Assembly (NCBI RefSeq): GCF_006345805.1
Contig: NC_043014.1
Span: 6,138,001-6,202,000 of the forward strand
DNA length: 64,000 nt
Direction of reading: 5' to 3'
Source: Octopus sinensis
Lineage: Eukaryota
In this document: in pieces, positions 41,993-55,374 of the stretch
Layout of the letters: each line of letters starts with the position of its first letter
Position numbering within the stretch: the stretch's first letter is position 1
Notes under the pieces: generated by a model
Seen by the model: the letters and a program-made list of their open reading frames with translations, nothing else
What the model was told of the DNA's origin: nothing
Databases searched by the model: none
Position numbers and translations under genes: made by a program

Positions 41993-42545
41993 ATGGAATT
42001 TATAAATATTTTAATGCACTGCTACGCGTGTTTCCACAAATCACGTGTTTCTTACGATCTTATTCCATATTCCAGGGACAGTTACAGTACAATCCGTGAT
42101 ATTCATTTCACTTGCAGAACGAGAGAAGGTAATATTACATGTAACTGTAGACTGCAAAATGAATGCTCTTTTAATAAGAACTGCATGGTAAACAACGTGG
42201 TTTACATATGTAAAGTGAAGACGAGTGCACAAAAATGTGTGCAATGGTGGAACCTGAGAGACCATGAAAAATCGTTTGCAGAACCATCTTGTGTTATTTT
42301 CCAATGAAAATAAAAGGCACTGCACATCGTTATCTAACCTCATCTGGAGGCTCAAGCAAAATGGAGTAGAGGATATAGCCAACTGGTTTTTAATTTGAAA
42401 AAAAACGCTAGACCATACGATAAAACATTGACAGTGAGTAACTTATGCTAAGAGGAAAACATGGAGATCATTGCATCAAGGCATCCTTCTTAGAATTCGA
42501 ACAGAGCATTACGAAACAGAGAAATGCCAAACGTCATTAGCATCA
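41993..42545 (+). pseudogene. Decayed GIY-YIG endonuclease domain of a Penelope-like element
   Basis: TCNCRLQNECSFNKNCMVNNVVYICKV, then in other frames KNRLQNH, TSLSNLIWRLK and NLC*EE; same motif order as 50140-50600. Confidence 0.8.
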
Positions 42546-42837
42546 AACGGAACAACAGAAGAACATAAATGAACTAAACAAAAAAGACCAATATTTTCCT
42601 ATTGTAGCAACAAAAGTAGTTAAAAGGACCCTTTAAGATCATCATTTGTCATCTCTGACAGTGAACTTCATTGGTCCCTGAACTTACAACATCGGAATTC
42701 ATCGAGGGAATGCCTGCTGCAACTGAGGTCAAACTATATTACCTATCCCTACATCTTCACAAACAAATATCAAAACAAGTCTAGCCTCACCACACACTCA
42801 CCTCTCTCCTCTATAATGACCATTCTTTTCTCTCCGC

Positions 42838-42985
42838 CGAGAGTTCAAATTCCGCCGAGGTCGACTTTGCCTTTCATCCTTTCGAGGACGATAAATTAAG
42901 TACCAGTTGTGTACTGGGGTCGATCTCATCGACTGGACACCCCCACCAGAATTTTCGGGCCTTGTGCCTAGAGTAGAAAAGAATA
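42838..42985 (+). mobile_element. SINE family C, 5'-truncated
   Basis: GAGTTCAAATTCCGCCGAGG...CCTAGAGTAGAAAAGAA. Confidence 0.85.
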
Positions 42986-43705
42986 TATATTCAATGCGCT
43001 ATACGCATTTGTATTTACACTTATTCCACTGTTATATTACTTCATACATTCCACCATATTCCACACTCTTACCTTTCATATTCATCCTACTGACAGTTAT
43101 CATGTATTCAACTGTCGCCTCTTCACACCAGAAGCATTTGCTTCTTGATTTAATTAAAGCAAAAAAAGAAACAGAAATAATTTGAAATCTCAGACTGAAA
43201 ATTCGGAAGGCCGATTGTTGGTGCTGCTTCATGTCTATGCAAAAAATATAATTCTTCAACAGCTTTTGCAGTGAACGTGAATAATAATGATGCTTCTTAT
43301 ATACAATTGTAACTTTTGCACAGAAAGTATTCTAACTCCCTTGTTTTTGCATAAATTAAACCTGCTGTCCCTCGAAAAATCTTTAGAAGATGTATGTAAC
43401 GTATTTGTAAGACCATGAAACCATGTGTAAGTATGTATCTATTTTAGGAGTTTTGTGTACATACACATGGAAAATATTTGTGAAATCAGGTGGAGCATTT
43501 TACTGTATAAAATAACAGAAGGTAGAATAACGAGTAACTCGTATAATATTTAGGGGTCGTAAATGTAGTTTTCTTATTTTCCTGTTATTTTGACATGTCT
43601 ATTAACATCCTCATAATCTCATTAGCAACTTCCATCGTGTATATTTTTCAACAATAGCACCGTCGTTACTCGCAGCTCAGATACTCTAGTATATATATAT
43701 ATATA

Positions 43706-43988
43706 TCACCGTGACCGACCAGGCTATCAGATGTTGCTACACCTCGCTGGTCACAATGCGCTTCGCATTGTTTTAGCCTTCAAATGACGTCATCCGAGCA
43801 GAAGAAACAGTGAGAGAAAGTTGTGGCGAAAGAGTACAGCAGGGACAGCCACCACCCTCTGCCGGATCCTCGTGGAGCTTTAGGTGTTTTCGCTCAATAA
43901 ACACTCACAACGCCCGGTTTGGAAATCGAAACCGCAATCCTACGACCGCGAGTCCGCTGCCCTAATCACTGGGCCATTGCGCCTCCAC
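43706..43988 (-). mobile_element. SINE family A variant with an alternative 3' end
   Basis: Family A head at 43988; tail shared with 8760-8842. Confidence 0.85.
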
Positions 43989-44006
43989 ACACACACACAC
44001 ACACAC

Positions 44007-44039
<33 letters not shown>

Positions 44040-44082
44040 TATATATATATATATATATATTTGTATATATAATACATATATA

Positions 44083-44120
<38 letters not shown>

Positions 44121-44623
44121 ATATATTACATATATATATATATATATGTTATATATATATATATTCTATATATATTTGTATATATCTACATATATATATA
44201 TACGTCAGTGTGTGTGAGTGTGTATGTTATATTTAGGAAGAATCGTAATTAATAACGTTTCTAAACACACTCACCGGTTGTTGCGTGTCTATACTTCACT
44301 TCTTTCCCTTCTGCTAAAGATGTTGAAATTTCTTAATGTCCTCAAGACTATTTTTCACTACCTCTGCAAAGAGGCTTTTTAAGCAGGTCTACATGCCAAA
44401 GTATTTCGTTCTTAATAGATTTTACTATTGTAACATTACTCCAACAGATACATGAGTTAATGAAGTTTGTGTTTATACTCTGTGACTTCTTTTGTAGTAA
44501 CTAATGTTAGAAGATATACGTGCGCGCACTCGACTTTTTTTTGCGAGTGTGTTGGTTGGTTGGTTGGTTGGTTGGTTTGATTCAGTTGTATTTCAATAGT
44601 AAAAGCATAATTAAAGTCACTCA

Positions 44624-44661
<38 letters not shown>

Positions 44662-44793
44662 TATATTAATATATTAATATAATATATTATATATATATTA
44701 TATATATATATACACATATATATATATATGGGTTGATATGCATGTGTATATATCTCCAAGCACACACATAAAAATCTACTAACTACAAGCGCC

Positions 44794-44829
<36 letters not shown>

Positions 44830-45031
44830 AAATAGAAAGATGAATAATCTTGTTGTAGATTAATCAAAGGTAACCGATACCTTAGTAGCAAAAATCACAG
44901 CAGTAAACAACGGTTGGAGGTACAACCATCTGCGTTGCAACCGTGCGCTGGTGCGGATATTGAAATTAAAACATTATTGGTGAATTGAAGAAATGGAGCT
45001 GAACGCAGATTGAACGAATCGTTTTATTTCA

Positions 45032-45110
45032 TTCTACACGTGTTTCGAAAGGCACAAATTACCAAAATCCGATTGAATAATGGACCATATTGTGTCTTTC
45101 TCTTCAGGAA
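45032..45110 (-). ncRNA. Type-I hammerhead ribozyme motif (left arm)
   Basis: Reverse complement TTC-CTGAAGA-GAAAG...CTTTC-GAAAC-ACGT-GTA-GAA. Confidence 0.78.
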
Positions 45111-45233
45111 GAAAAAAGGAAATCCGTTAGAGAAACAAAAAGAGTTTCGCCATGGGCTCTTAGAGCATAGTTCGATTTGGTTTTTGCTCCGCCTCTGTTC
45201 TGTTTTTGTTTCTCTAACGGATTTCCTTTTTTC

Positions 45234-45313
45234 TTCCTGAAGAGAAAGACACAATATGGTCCCATTATTCAATCGGATTTTGGTAATTTTTGCCTTTCGA
45301 AACACGTGTAGAA
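45234..45313 (+). ncRNA. Type-I hammerhead ribozyme motif (right arm)
   Basis: TTC-CTGAAGA(45237)-GAAAG...CTTTC-GAAAC(45299)-ACGT-GTA-GAA; palindromic stem III loop. Confidence 0.78.
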
Positions 45314-45371
45314 TGAAATAAAACGATTTCGGTTCACTGCGTTCCGCTCCATTCTTCAATTCACCAATATG

Positions 45372-45422
<51 letters not shown>

Positions 45423-45464
45423 GTATATTATATATATGTATAGATATATATTTATATATGTACA

Positions 45465-45519
<55 letters not shown>

Positions 45520-45639
45520 GATATACATAATCTATTATTTTTGCATGAAATTACGTAACCATATATACACATGCACACATTCGCATATAAATGTATGAAT
45601 GTGCATCTTATACTTGTATATATGTATGTATGTATGTAT

Positions 45640-45686
<47 letters not shown>

Positions 45687-46565
45687 TATATGCAAGTATA
45701 CATGTGTATGTATGTATATATATATATACATATATATGTATATAATATGTATAAGTATATAATATATAATATATATGCATACATATGCATACATATATAC
45801 ATATATAATATAATATATACACATACATATATACTTTACAAACATATATATATCTCTCTTATCTACCACAACCACATCGACATCGAGAGAACCACCGAGA
45901 ACACACTTCAATGGCAGCTGGTAAGAAAGACTGAACTAACATGAAAAAAAAACCTAATTAATACTAGTACAATATTGTTGCATAATTAAAAAAAAAACGG
46001 GCGCCATTACTTCTTACGCTATCTTCTGCGCCATTTTTAGAAGTCTTTGAAATTTTGATGTGTAAACGTGGAAGACTTCCTGTAGATTAAGAAAATGAAT
46101 GGAACGGGTATTGAACGGGTATTGTTTATTGGTGGTATTGGTTCGTTAGTGTGCAGAGACAGGCTTGAAAGATTAAATATAAAAGAAATATAGAGAAGGA
46201 ATCGTACTTCTTAACCATGGAAAGAAAAAAGACGTCGAGTAGAATAGGTGGTGGTTAGTTGTGCTGGAAATAGCAGCTAAATATCTGTCGAATAGTACAG
46301 TGGTGTTTGGGAAAGGAAGGGATTTGTTATGGAGTGTAAATGATTTTCTTATAGAGAAATGCGATGTCTCCTACCAGAAGAACGAGATAGTCATGGCGGG
46401 ATTGCCCTGGATTGATCAAAGCTGTGTTTAGTAGACTTGTAGCTTACTCAGGGTTGGTTTCTGGCTAAACAATGGCAAGAGTAATTGGAAAAAACCTGAG
46501 AATACTCCTCTCTATCTCTCACACTCTCTTTCTCGCATTATATATATATATATATTATATATGTG

Positions 46566-46918
46566 TGGAAGCACTCCGTCGGTTACGACGATGAGGGTTC
46601 CGGTTGATCCGAATCAACGGAACAGCCTGCTCGTGAAATTAACGTGTAAGTGGCTGAGCACTCCACAGACACGTGAGTGACACAGAGAGTGACACAGAGA
46701 GTGACAAGGCCGGCCCTTTGAAATACAACAGAAACAGGAAGTAAGAGAAAGTTGTGGTGAAAGAGTACAGCAGGGATCACCACCATCCCCTGCCGGAGCC
46801 TCGTGGAGCTTTAGGTGTTTTCGCTCAATAAACACTCACAACGCCGGTCTGGGAATCGAAACCTGATCCTATGACCGCGAGTTCGCTGGCCCTAACCACT
46901 GGGCCATTGCGCCTCCAC
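46566..46918 (-). mobile_element. SINE family A, internally deleted
   Basis: Reverse complement of the consensus. Confidence 0.9.
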
Positions 46919-47127
46919 ACACCACATATATATATATATTATATATATATATTATAATAAATATTAGGGAATATATCCAATTTACAGGGAAAAAAATCAG
47001 ATTTAGGATTAAATCCAATTTTATAGTAAAATATATAAAATATTATTTGAGACAAACCACTATTTTGCAAAACAAACAAGGAAAGACTTAATCAATACAT
47101 AAAATTTAATAAATAGTAAAAAAACCG

Positions 47128-47170
47128 CCACTACAATCGTTTCTTGTCTTGATCGACAATCTTCAGGTGG
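47128..47170 (-). ncRNA. Canonical minimal type-I hammerhead ribozyme near the PLE 3' end
   Basis: Reverse complement CCAC-CTGAAGA-TTGTC GATCAA GACAA-GAAAC-GATT-GTA-GTGG; all core nucleotides and stems intact. Confidence 0.88.
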
Positions 47171-50139
47171 ACTTCCAATCTAAAAAATCAAAATTTTAAA
47201 TATAAAAATAATACTTTTAAATATTAAAGTATAAATGAAAAAATATAAAATATAATCCATATATAACCTATATATAATCCATATCGAAAATATAGACTAA
47301 TTACCACGAATTCCCTAAAAAAAAAAAAAAAAAAAAAAAACCATGATAAAACAAAACTCTTAAAACATATAACGATAAAATCTCCATTTGCTAAACTCTA
47401 TAACAACCTATAAAGTAAACCCCCTAACCTAAACATTCACCACACAATACACACACGTAAACCACAGACTCACGACTTATACACATACCTATACTAACTT
47501 ATAAACCTCAATATACACCAAAACCCACTCCCTCCCCACACAGACAAATTAACACATACATCCCAAAACCTACATAACAACCCAATACACACATTCACAC
47601 ACAAACACACACTCACACGCAAAACACTCACACACAAAAGATACATATACTCCCTCACATATACGCCTATACATACTCACTAAACTCGACATATACAAAC
47701 ATACTTACACACCCCCAAAAAACATTATATACATTTATGAGCTTAACTCACCTTAGCATCTCTAACTAACAACTTGCAGTAACCCAATCCCATTCTCTAT
47801 GCCTACCTCAGTACTACACTATTCCATTCACATTCCAAGCAACGCTAGTCCACCACCCGGTTATTCACGTGGCAAAACGAACACCACTCAAAAATTATGA
47901 ATGAAACAATGTAAAAAAATAACCAACACCTAAAATAGACAAAATACCACAAATTACCTAAAAAAAACCATGATAAACCAAAACTCATAAAAGCATATAA
48001 CGATAAAATCTCCCTTTGCTAAACCCTATAACAAACTATATAGCAATCCCCCTAACCTAAACATTCACACACAAAAAACCCACACGTAAACCACAGACCC
48101 AAGACTTATACACAAACCTATACTAACTTATAAACCTCAATATACACCAAAAACCACTCCCTCCCCTCCCCACACAGACAAATAACACATACATCCCAAA
48201 TCCTAAATAACAAACCCAAATACACATTCACAACACAAACACACCACACGCAAAACACACACCCACACCACAGATACATATGCTCCCTCACATATACGCA
48301 TATACATACTCACTAAAACTCGATATATACAACAATATTTACACCCACACTCATACAGATAAATAAATTAATTATACAATTAAAAAACTCCACAACCAAT
48401 CTCTATACATAACACTCTTATGAAAACAACAATAAATACATCGTAATTAACCAGAATATCAAAAAAATTTGACATAAGGATAAATCAAATACATACTTAC
48501 AATTCAGTTACAAATTATGAAGTGAAATTAGATTCTTAGCCGTTAAAAAACCAAACAAATTACGTTACCATGGAAATAACTAATGTAAAAAAAGAATACG
48601 CGCCATAGAAAGTAAACGTCATTCATAGTATGAAGGAAAATATAATAAATGGAACTAAAACTATTTCACGTAGCAAACCAACGCTACTTAAAAAAAATTA
48701 TTATGAATGGATTCTTTAAAAACTATCATGAAAAATCAATTATATACATTTATGAGCTTTAGCTCACCCTAGTAACTCTAACAAACAACTTACAGTAACC
48801 CATACTCAATGCCTACCTCATACCACACCTAATCCATTCACAATTCCAGCAACACTAGTCCACCACCCGGTTACAATTCCCAACTATACCCATTCATTCA
48901 CAATTTCAACGACGTTCCCTTTAACAACTCTACATCTAAGCCTATAAGCCTCAACATATACACCGGAGATACACTTACACATCCGTGCGGATGGGTGAGA
49001 GTATACATTAAGTGTAGTGATGGGGCTCCCATTTCTAAACACATTTGTACCTGTGTGGTAGTCTCCATGTGTATATTCACGCACGGGTATAAATACAGGG
49101 GGTACACGCTCACTTCATTTACGTGTACCCCCACATGTAATATGCATACTATTTTGGCTCGATATATGCAACAAAGTAATCGCGCCCGTATGTGTGAGCA
49201 TTCACTGGTTGTGCAAATCACCCACTGGGTGTGATTGTGTGTAAACTTATCACTGTGGAGGTCGAGCTTGATACGTATATATTAGTGTGTATTAGGGGTT
49301 GTACGTACTAATTATGTCATGTGCTTCACGCACTTGCGTCCATGTATGGAAGAATATATTGGGATTACTATGTAGGTGTAAATAGGGTATGGGGGAGTTT
49401 TGTCATTGTATGGGTGTGGGTTTCATTTGTGATGGTGGTTAGTGGTGATTATTAGTATGTTCTGTATATTAGGGCTAGTATGTATTATTCAAGTGTGTAT
49501 AATTGTATACATATAATTGGTGTGAATGGGATTACTCCCATTTTTTTTTTTTTTTTTTTTTTTATTTTTTTTTATTATTATTTTTAGGGGATGTATGTGT
49601 TTATTTATCCATGTGGGGCTGGAGTGGCCGTTAGGTGCATATGCTGAGGCTCACATGCAAACCCAAGTACAACGAATGAAGTGGGCACTTATAATTGTTT
49701 GGGTGTGTACTTTATTATAAAAGACAATACCCAATAAAATCTGTCAATTCAACAAACAAATAAAAAAACAAAGGGATCTTAAACATTCACCACATACATA
49801 CAAAACTCAATAAAAACACCACTAAATAACACCCAAAACATATAAATATATCCTCAAAATACATATAAAAATGCAAAATAAAAATACATAATAAAATAAA
49901 ATAAAATAAAAATAAAAATAAAAAATAAAAAAATCTAATATAAATTATTAAAGTTTTAACGTACCATAAACTGCTAAATTAATATACATTAAAAATGAAC
50001 TAATTAAAACAAAGAAATATCAAAAGACTAACTATAATTAAATCCTAGACAACATAACCAAAAATATATCATCTAAACTAATTTAAACTAAACTAAAATA
50101 ACCTAAAAGGGAACTATTATTGCTATTTATCATGAAACT

Positions 50140-52570
50140 TATTATATAAGTAAAGTAACTTGTGTCTACATTTTATTTTGCGCTCCTCCCCAGTATTAAG
50201 TAAATTATCATACTTATAAAATAAAATTTCTTTAAACTCATTAGAGCATAAATAACAACAATTAGCTCCTATATTATATGATTTAGTTTTACAAATTATT
50301 TCCCATATTAAACTATAATTAATATTAGTGATTTAATACTCCAAATATACTTACTAAGTCCGGTTGAGTTGATTAGTTTTTATTTTTAAAGAATTCATAT
50401 GTTGTGCAATTCTTAGTTTTATTTTTGAGGAAGTAGAACCTATATAAACCGCTTTTGTGTAATTATTATTCTTAAAGTTATTATCATGTAATGTAACTAT
50501 ACATTTATACACTACATCGTTAATATCACAATTATTATTTAATATACAATTAGATTTATCTCTACATGTACAATTAATATAAGTCTTATCATTATTAATA
50601 TTATTATCAAATAATTTCTTTTTATAAAAATTATTCAGTTTATATTTATTAAATGAAGAAATAATGTTACCAACATTATTAGTGGTAGAGTAACCAACTC
50701 CAAAATTATTAAAAGAGAAATGTTTCTATATTTACGATTATCTCTAATAATAGTTCTATACATCTAAAATCTCTTTAATAATATTCGTTTTAACTTGATC
50801 TCCATAAGAACTATTAACCAATTTATTCTTATTACCTTATTATTATTATCATTATTATAAATATTTTTAATTCTTTATTTTATTAAAATTATTATCAGAA
50901 TTATATCTATGTACAGCATTTAAGGAATTATTAATATTATTAAATTTATATATATTATTATAATAATTATTAAATTTATTTTTATTTATATTATTCTTAT
51001 TTATATTATTATTATTATATTTATTATTATTATTATTATTCTTATTTATATTTTTATCATTTTTATATTTTTTTTATAATATCTATTATTTTTACCACTA
51101 AACTTAACAAAATTATAATTATTATTAGAAGTATCTCGAAAATTATCATTTAAATCATTATCGCTAATATTATAAAATTTAATATTCTTATTATAACCTG
51201 CCCCTCTAAGGGCCTCATTATAATAATTAGCATGTTTATTAAAAATCTCTATATCATAAGAGAGTAATGAAATACGTTTACTTATATTATTAATCAACGA
51301 TTTTTTAATAGAAAATGGGTGATTACTATTAACATTTATATATCTAAGGTTCTCATTAAGTTTATGATATGGTTGTGTTTTACCTGTAATAAGATTAAAA
51401 TTAACATCTAAATAATTACATTATATTCTCCTTATATATAGTAATACGTAAACCATATCTTTTAAAGAAACTATATAAGTTTTTTCTTATATACTTCTAG
51501 ATTCCTATTAGTACAATTCTTTGTAACTAGTAGAAGATCGTCTCTATATAAACCACCCTCTATCTTAAGATTTTCTAATTGGAGTTCGGATAAAAAGAAA
51601 AAATACCTACTAAATCAGTAGCCTGTGCAGAATCTGGTGCTCCCATAGGTATATCAAAACAATCTCTAGTATCATTCCTAGCCCATATTTTATTTTTTAT
51701 ATTTAATTAGCGATTTCCTAGCCAATTTAATTACATTAACTTAACTTCTTCCCGTGACATGCCCACTTTATTCATTGCGAAAATAAGCGCTTTATTAAAC
51801 ACAATTTCATTAATAGAAGATAATAATTTCTATATCTATTTGAATAAATTTATAACGATTTTTATCTTTAATATTATTAAACCATTTCAATGTATTATTA
51901 TTACACTAAACCATAATTTTAAATAATTAAGTTTTTACCTTATCAATATATTTATCTAAAATAAATTTACTTAATTTACCTAGGTCCGATTTACATGGGC
52001 AAATTAATCTAACTTTAGGGTCTGAATAAAAATTATCTTTATGGTCTTTAAGAGTAATTCTGGGGTGCAAAGGTACATAAGGTTCAGTTTTATTATCCAA
52101 CTCATATTTTAACATTACTACTTTAGAGGCCTTATTAATATTATAAAGAATATCATCTGGAACAATTTTATATTTTTTATTATTTCTTTCCCTAATAGTT
52201 TATCATATATTTAACATCTAATTTATATAAGTTCCTTGTTTTATCAGATTGTACTATAATACTATCCATATTTCTCATATCTTTAATTTTAATTGCTAAA
52301 TTCCTTAATATTCATTATTTCTATTTGGGTATTTATGGAATTCAATATTTTTTACCACCTTCCATATACTATCTTCAAGTAATTGTCAATTCTTTATTAA
52401 ATGGAGGTTCCTTTCTAGATTTAATTTTAGAGGTATAATTATCATTCCTACTATCAATATCATTAAATAAATAAAAATTATAGTAAAAAGCTTTCCATTT
52501 AATTCTAGAAATAAAATCTTTAACATTATTAACAAGTTTCAAGATAAATTCCTTTCTAGAAGGAATTTTT
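50140..52570 (-). pseudogene. Frameshifted PLE ORF: reverse transcriptase plus GIY-YIG endonuclease
   Basis: Motifs in order: FISRIKWKAF, ITLKDHKDNF..PKVRLICPCKSDLG, FDIPMGAPDSAQATDLVG, GLYRDD, NYLDV, YINVNSNHP, CTCRDKSNCILNNNC..DVVYKC, VYIGST...RIAQH, STGLSKYIW, CYLCSNE, KCRH. Confidence 0.92.
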
Positions 52571-53908
52571 TTTTTTTTTTTTTTTTATTATTTTTAGGGG
52601 ATGTATGTGTTTATTTATCCATGTGGGGCTGGAGTGGCCGTTAGGTGCATATCTGAGGCTCACATGCAAACCCAGTACAACGAATGAAGTGGGCACTTAT
52701 AATTGTTATGGGTGTGTACTTTATTATAAAAGACAATACCCAATAAAATCTGTCAATTCAACATACAAATAAAAACAAAAACAAAGGGATCTTAAACATT
52801 CACACATACATACAAAACTCAATAAAAACACACCACAAATAACACCCAAAACATATAAATATATCCTCAAAATACATATAAAAATGCAAAATAAAATACA
52901 TAAAAAATAAAATAAAATAAAAATAAAATAAAAAATAAAAAAATCTAATATAAATTATTAAAGTTTTAACGTACCATAAACTGCTAAATTAATATACATT
53001 AAAAATGAACTAATTAAAACAAAGAAATATCAATAAAGACTAACTATAATTAAATCCTAGACAACATAACCAAAAATATATCATCTAACTAATTAAACTA
53101 AACTAAAATAACCTAAAAGGGAACTATTATTGCTTTATCATGAACTTATTATATAAGTAAAGTAACTTGTGTCTACATTTTATTTTGCGCTCCTCCCCAG
53201 TATTAAGTAAATTATCATACTTATAAAATAAAATTTCTTTAAACTCATTAGAGCATAAATAACAACAATTAGCTCCTATATTATATGATTTAGTTTTACA
53301 AATTATTTCCCATATTAAACTATAATTAATATTAGTGATTTAATACTCCAAATATACTTACTAAGTCCGGTTGAGTTGATTAAGTTTTTATTTTTTAAAA
53401 GAATTCATATGTTGTGCAATTCTTAGTTTTATTTTTGAGGAAGTAGAACCTATATAAACCGCTTTTGTGTAATTATTATTCTTAAAGTTATTATCATGTA
53501 ATGTAACTATACATTTATACACTACATCGTTAATATCACAATTATTATTTAATATACAATTAGATTATCTCTACATGTACAATTAATATAAGTCTTATCA
53601 TTATTAATATTATTATCAAATAATTTCTTTTTATAAAAATTATTCAGTTTATATTTATTAAATGAAGAAATAATGTTACCAACATTATTAGTGGTAGAGT
53701 AACCAACTCCAAAATTATTAAAAGAGAAAATGTTCTATATTTACGATTATCTCTAATAAATAGTTCTATAACATCTAAAATCTCTTTAATAATATTCGTT
53801 TTAACTTGTGATCTCCATAAGGAACTATTAACCAATTTATTCTTATTAACCTATATTATTATCATTATTATAAATATATTTATAATTCTTTATTTTATTA
53901 AAATTATT
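52566..53908 (-). repeat. Direct repeat of 49541-50893 (endonuclease region and proximal 3' region)
   Basis: Near-identical sequence starting at the same T-run. Confidence 0.93.
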
Positions 53909-54071
53909 CTCAGGTTGTATCCAGTTACTCTTGCCATTGTTTAGCCAGAAGGTATATATATATATATATGTTTGTATATGTTTGTATATGTTCGCTGTCA
54001 AATTGAATATTGAATCTCGTTTGTGCGAAACGAACTTTTTTACTTTCTCAAACATATATATATATACATTT

Positions 54072-54165
<94 letters not shown>

Positions 54166-54329
54166 GCAAACACACAGTGGAATCTGGGCAACCAGCGTGC
54201 ATGTTCTCATATGCATGATCACGCAGTAAACAATATATTTATACGTATGACACTCTTACACTTGCAGTGCGCGTACCCGCACCAGCTGGCAAAGCAATGT
54301 ACTTCTATCTCCTTCCTCTGACCAAACTT

Positions 54330-54625
54330 ATATTCACTTTCAGTTGCTTCTCTTTTCTGGTGATATTTACAAACAAAGAGCAAAGTCGCAATGGGGACTA
54401 AGATGGACCCAAATTATGCAAGCCGCTTTATATGCGTCAATAAGTCTCAGATTTTGATGCACCTTACTACATTCACCTCCTACCTGTACGGTACTATATT
54501 GATGCCTGCATTGCAACTACTATACTTACAAGACAGCACGTGGGTAACTTCACATCTCAATTCGTTTCACCCTTGCTAGACCTCACTTCCACTGTCTCTG
54601 ACGTCTCCCTCGGAATCTTAGATGT
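54330..54625 (+). pseudogene. Fragment of a Penelope/Neptune-type reverse transcriptase
   Basis: FSFSGDIYKQ...AMGTKMDPNYAS and HLNSFHP motifs. Confidence 0.7.
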
Positions 54626-55319
54626 AGCGCCATTTACGTCATTCTCTGACTCCTTTCCATAACATGAAATAGAATTCGTATCAGGACCGAAACGCAAAAC
54701 AGTGTCATGATTGAAAGGGAAAAGGAAGCGCTTTTTGTCTTTGAAGAGGGAAGAGTGCTACGAAAAAAGAACACGAATGCCTCTGAGACTACACTGGCGA
54801 GAAAATTTTCAGTGTTACGAAGATAATGAAAGTCTCAGGGCGATAAAGTTGAAGTTATAAAAAGACACGAACGTAGAGACAGCAAGACCCAAAAATTTGA
54901 CAAGACTCAGGAATGACGGAAGCAACGGAGCGAACAATTATAGAAGAAATAGTAAACTATAAGGAAAATGGATAAAACTACATCAAATTCAGGTGCAAAA
55001 TCAACGACGAATATAAGAAATTTTCGCGATTGGAATGAGACGTCTTTTGTCTTTGTAAAAGTGAATTCCCACAAGCAGCGTAGCTATTAGAATTAAAGAC
55101 TTGGATATCTTTGCGGTGATTGTAGATAACGGAAAAAGAAATGAAATTCCAGCCGGAACTGAAGAAACTCTTACTGTCAGTTCTGGTTGGTTTGGCAATT
55201 TCTTAATTCCGAACTGGAATTTACAAATTCACAATGATCGTACTTTATATGATACCACAAAAGTATCCATATCTGTCTGTATCTGTACACACACACACAC
55301 ACATATATATATATGTATG

Positions 55320-55374
<55 letters not shown>

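Larger units (their letters stand above)
44970..45372. mobile_element. Fold-back element with ~170-bp inverted arms, each carrying an HHR
   Basis: Arms 44970-45140 and 45204-45372; the right arm runs into (TA)n. Confidence 0.88.
46960..53908 (-). mobile_element. Penelope-like retroelement (Hydra-clade-like), partial tandem, ending in (TA)n
   Basis: RT plus C-terminal GIY-YIG ORF, upstream direct repeat of the endonuclease and 3' region, long 3' non-coding region, terminal HHR. Whether 46960-49540 belongs to the same element is inferred. Confidence 0.8.

Noticed and set aside
47300-48950. Mitochondrial-like (NUMT) C/A skew
   Set aside because: No recognisable mitochondrial gene, and it lies between the PLE ORF and its HHR.
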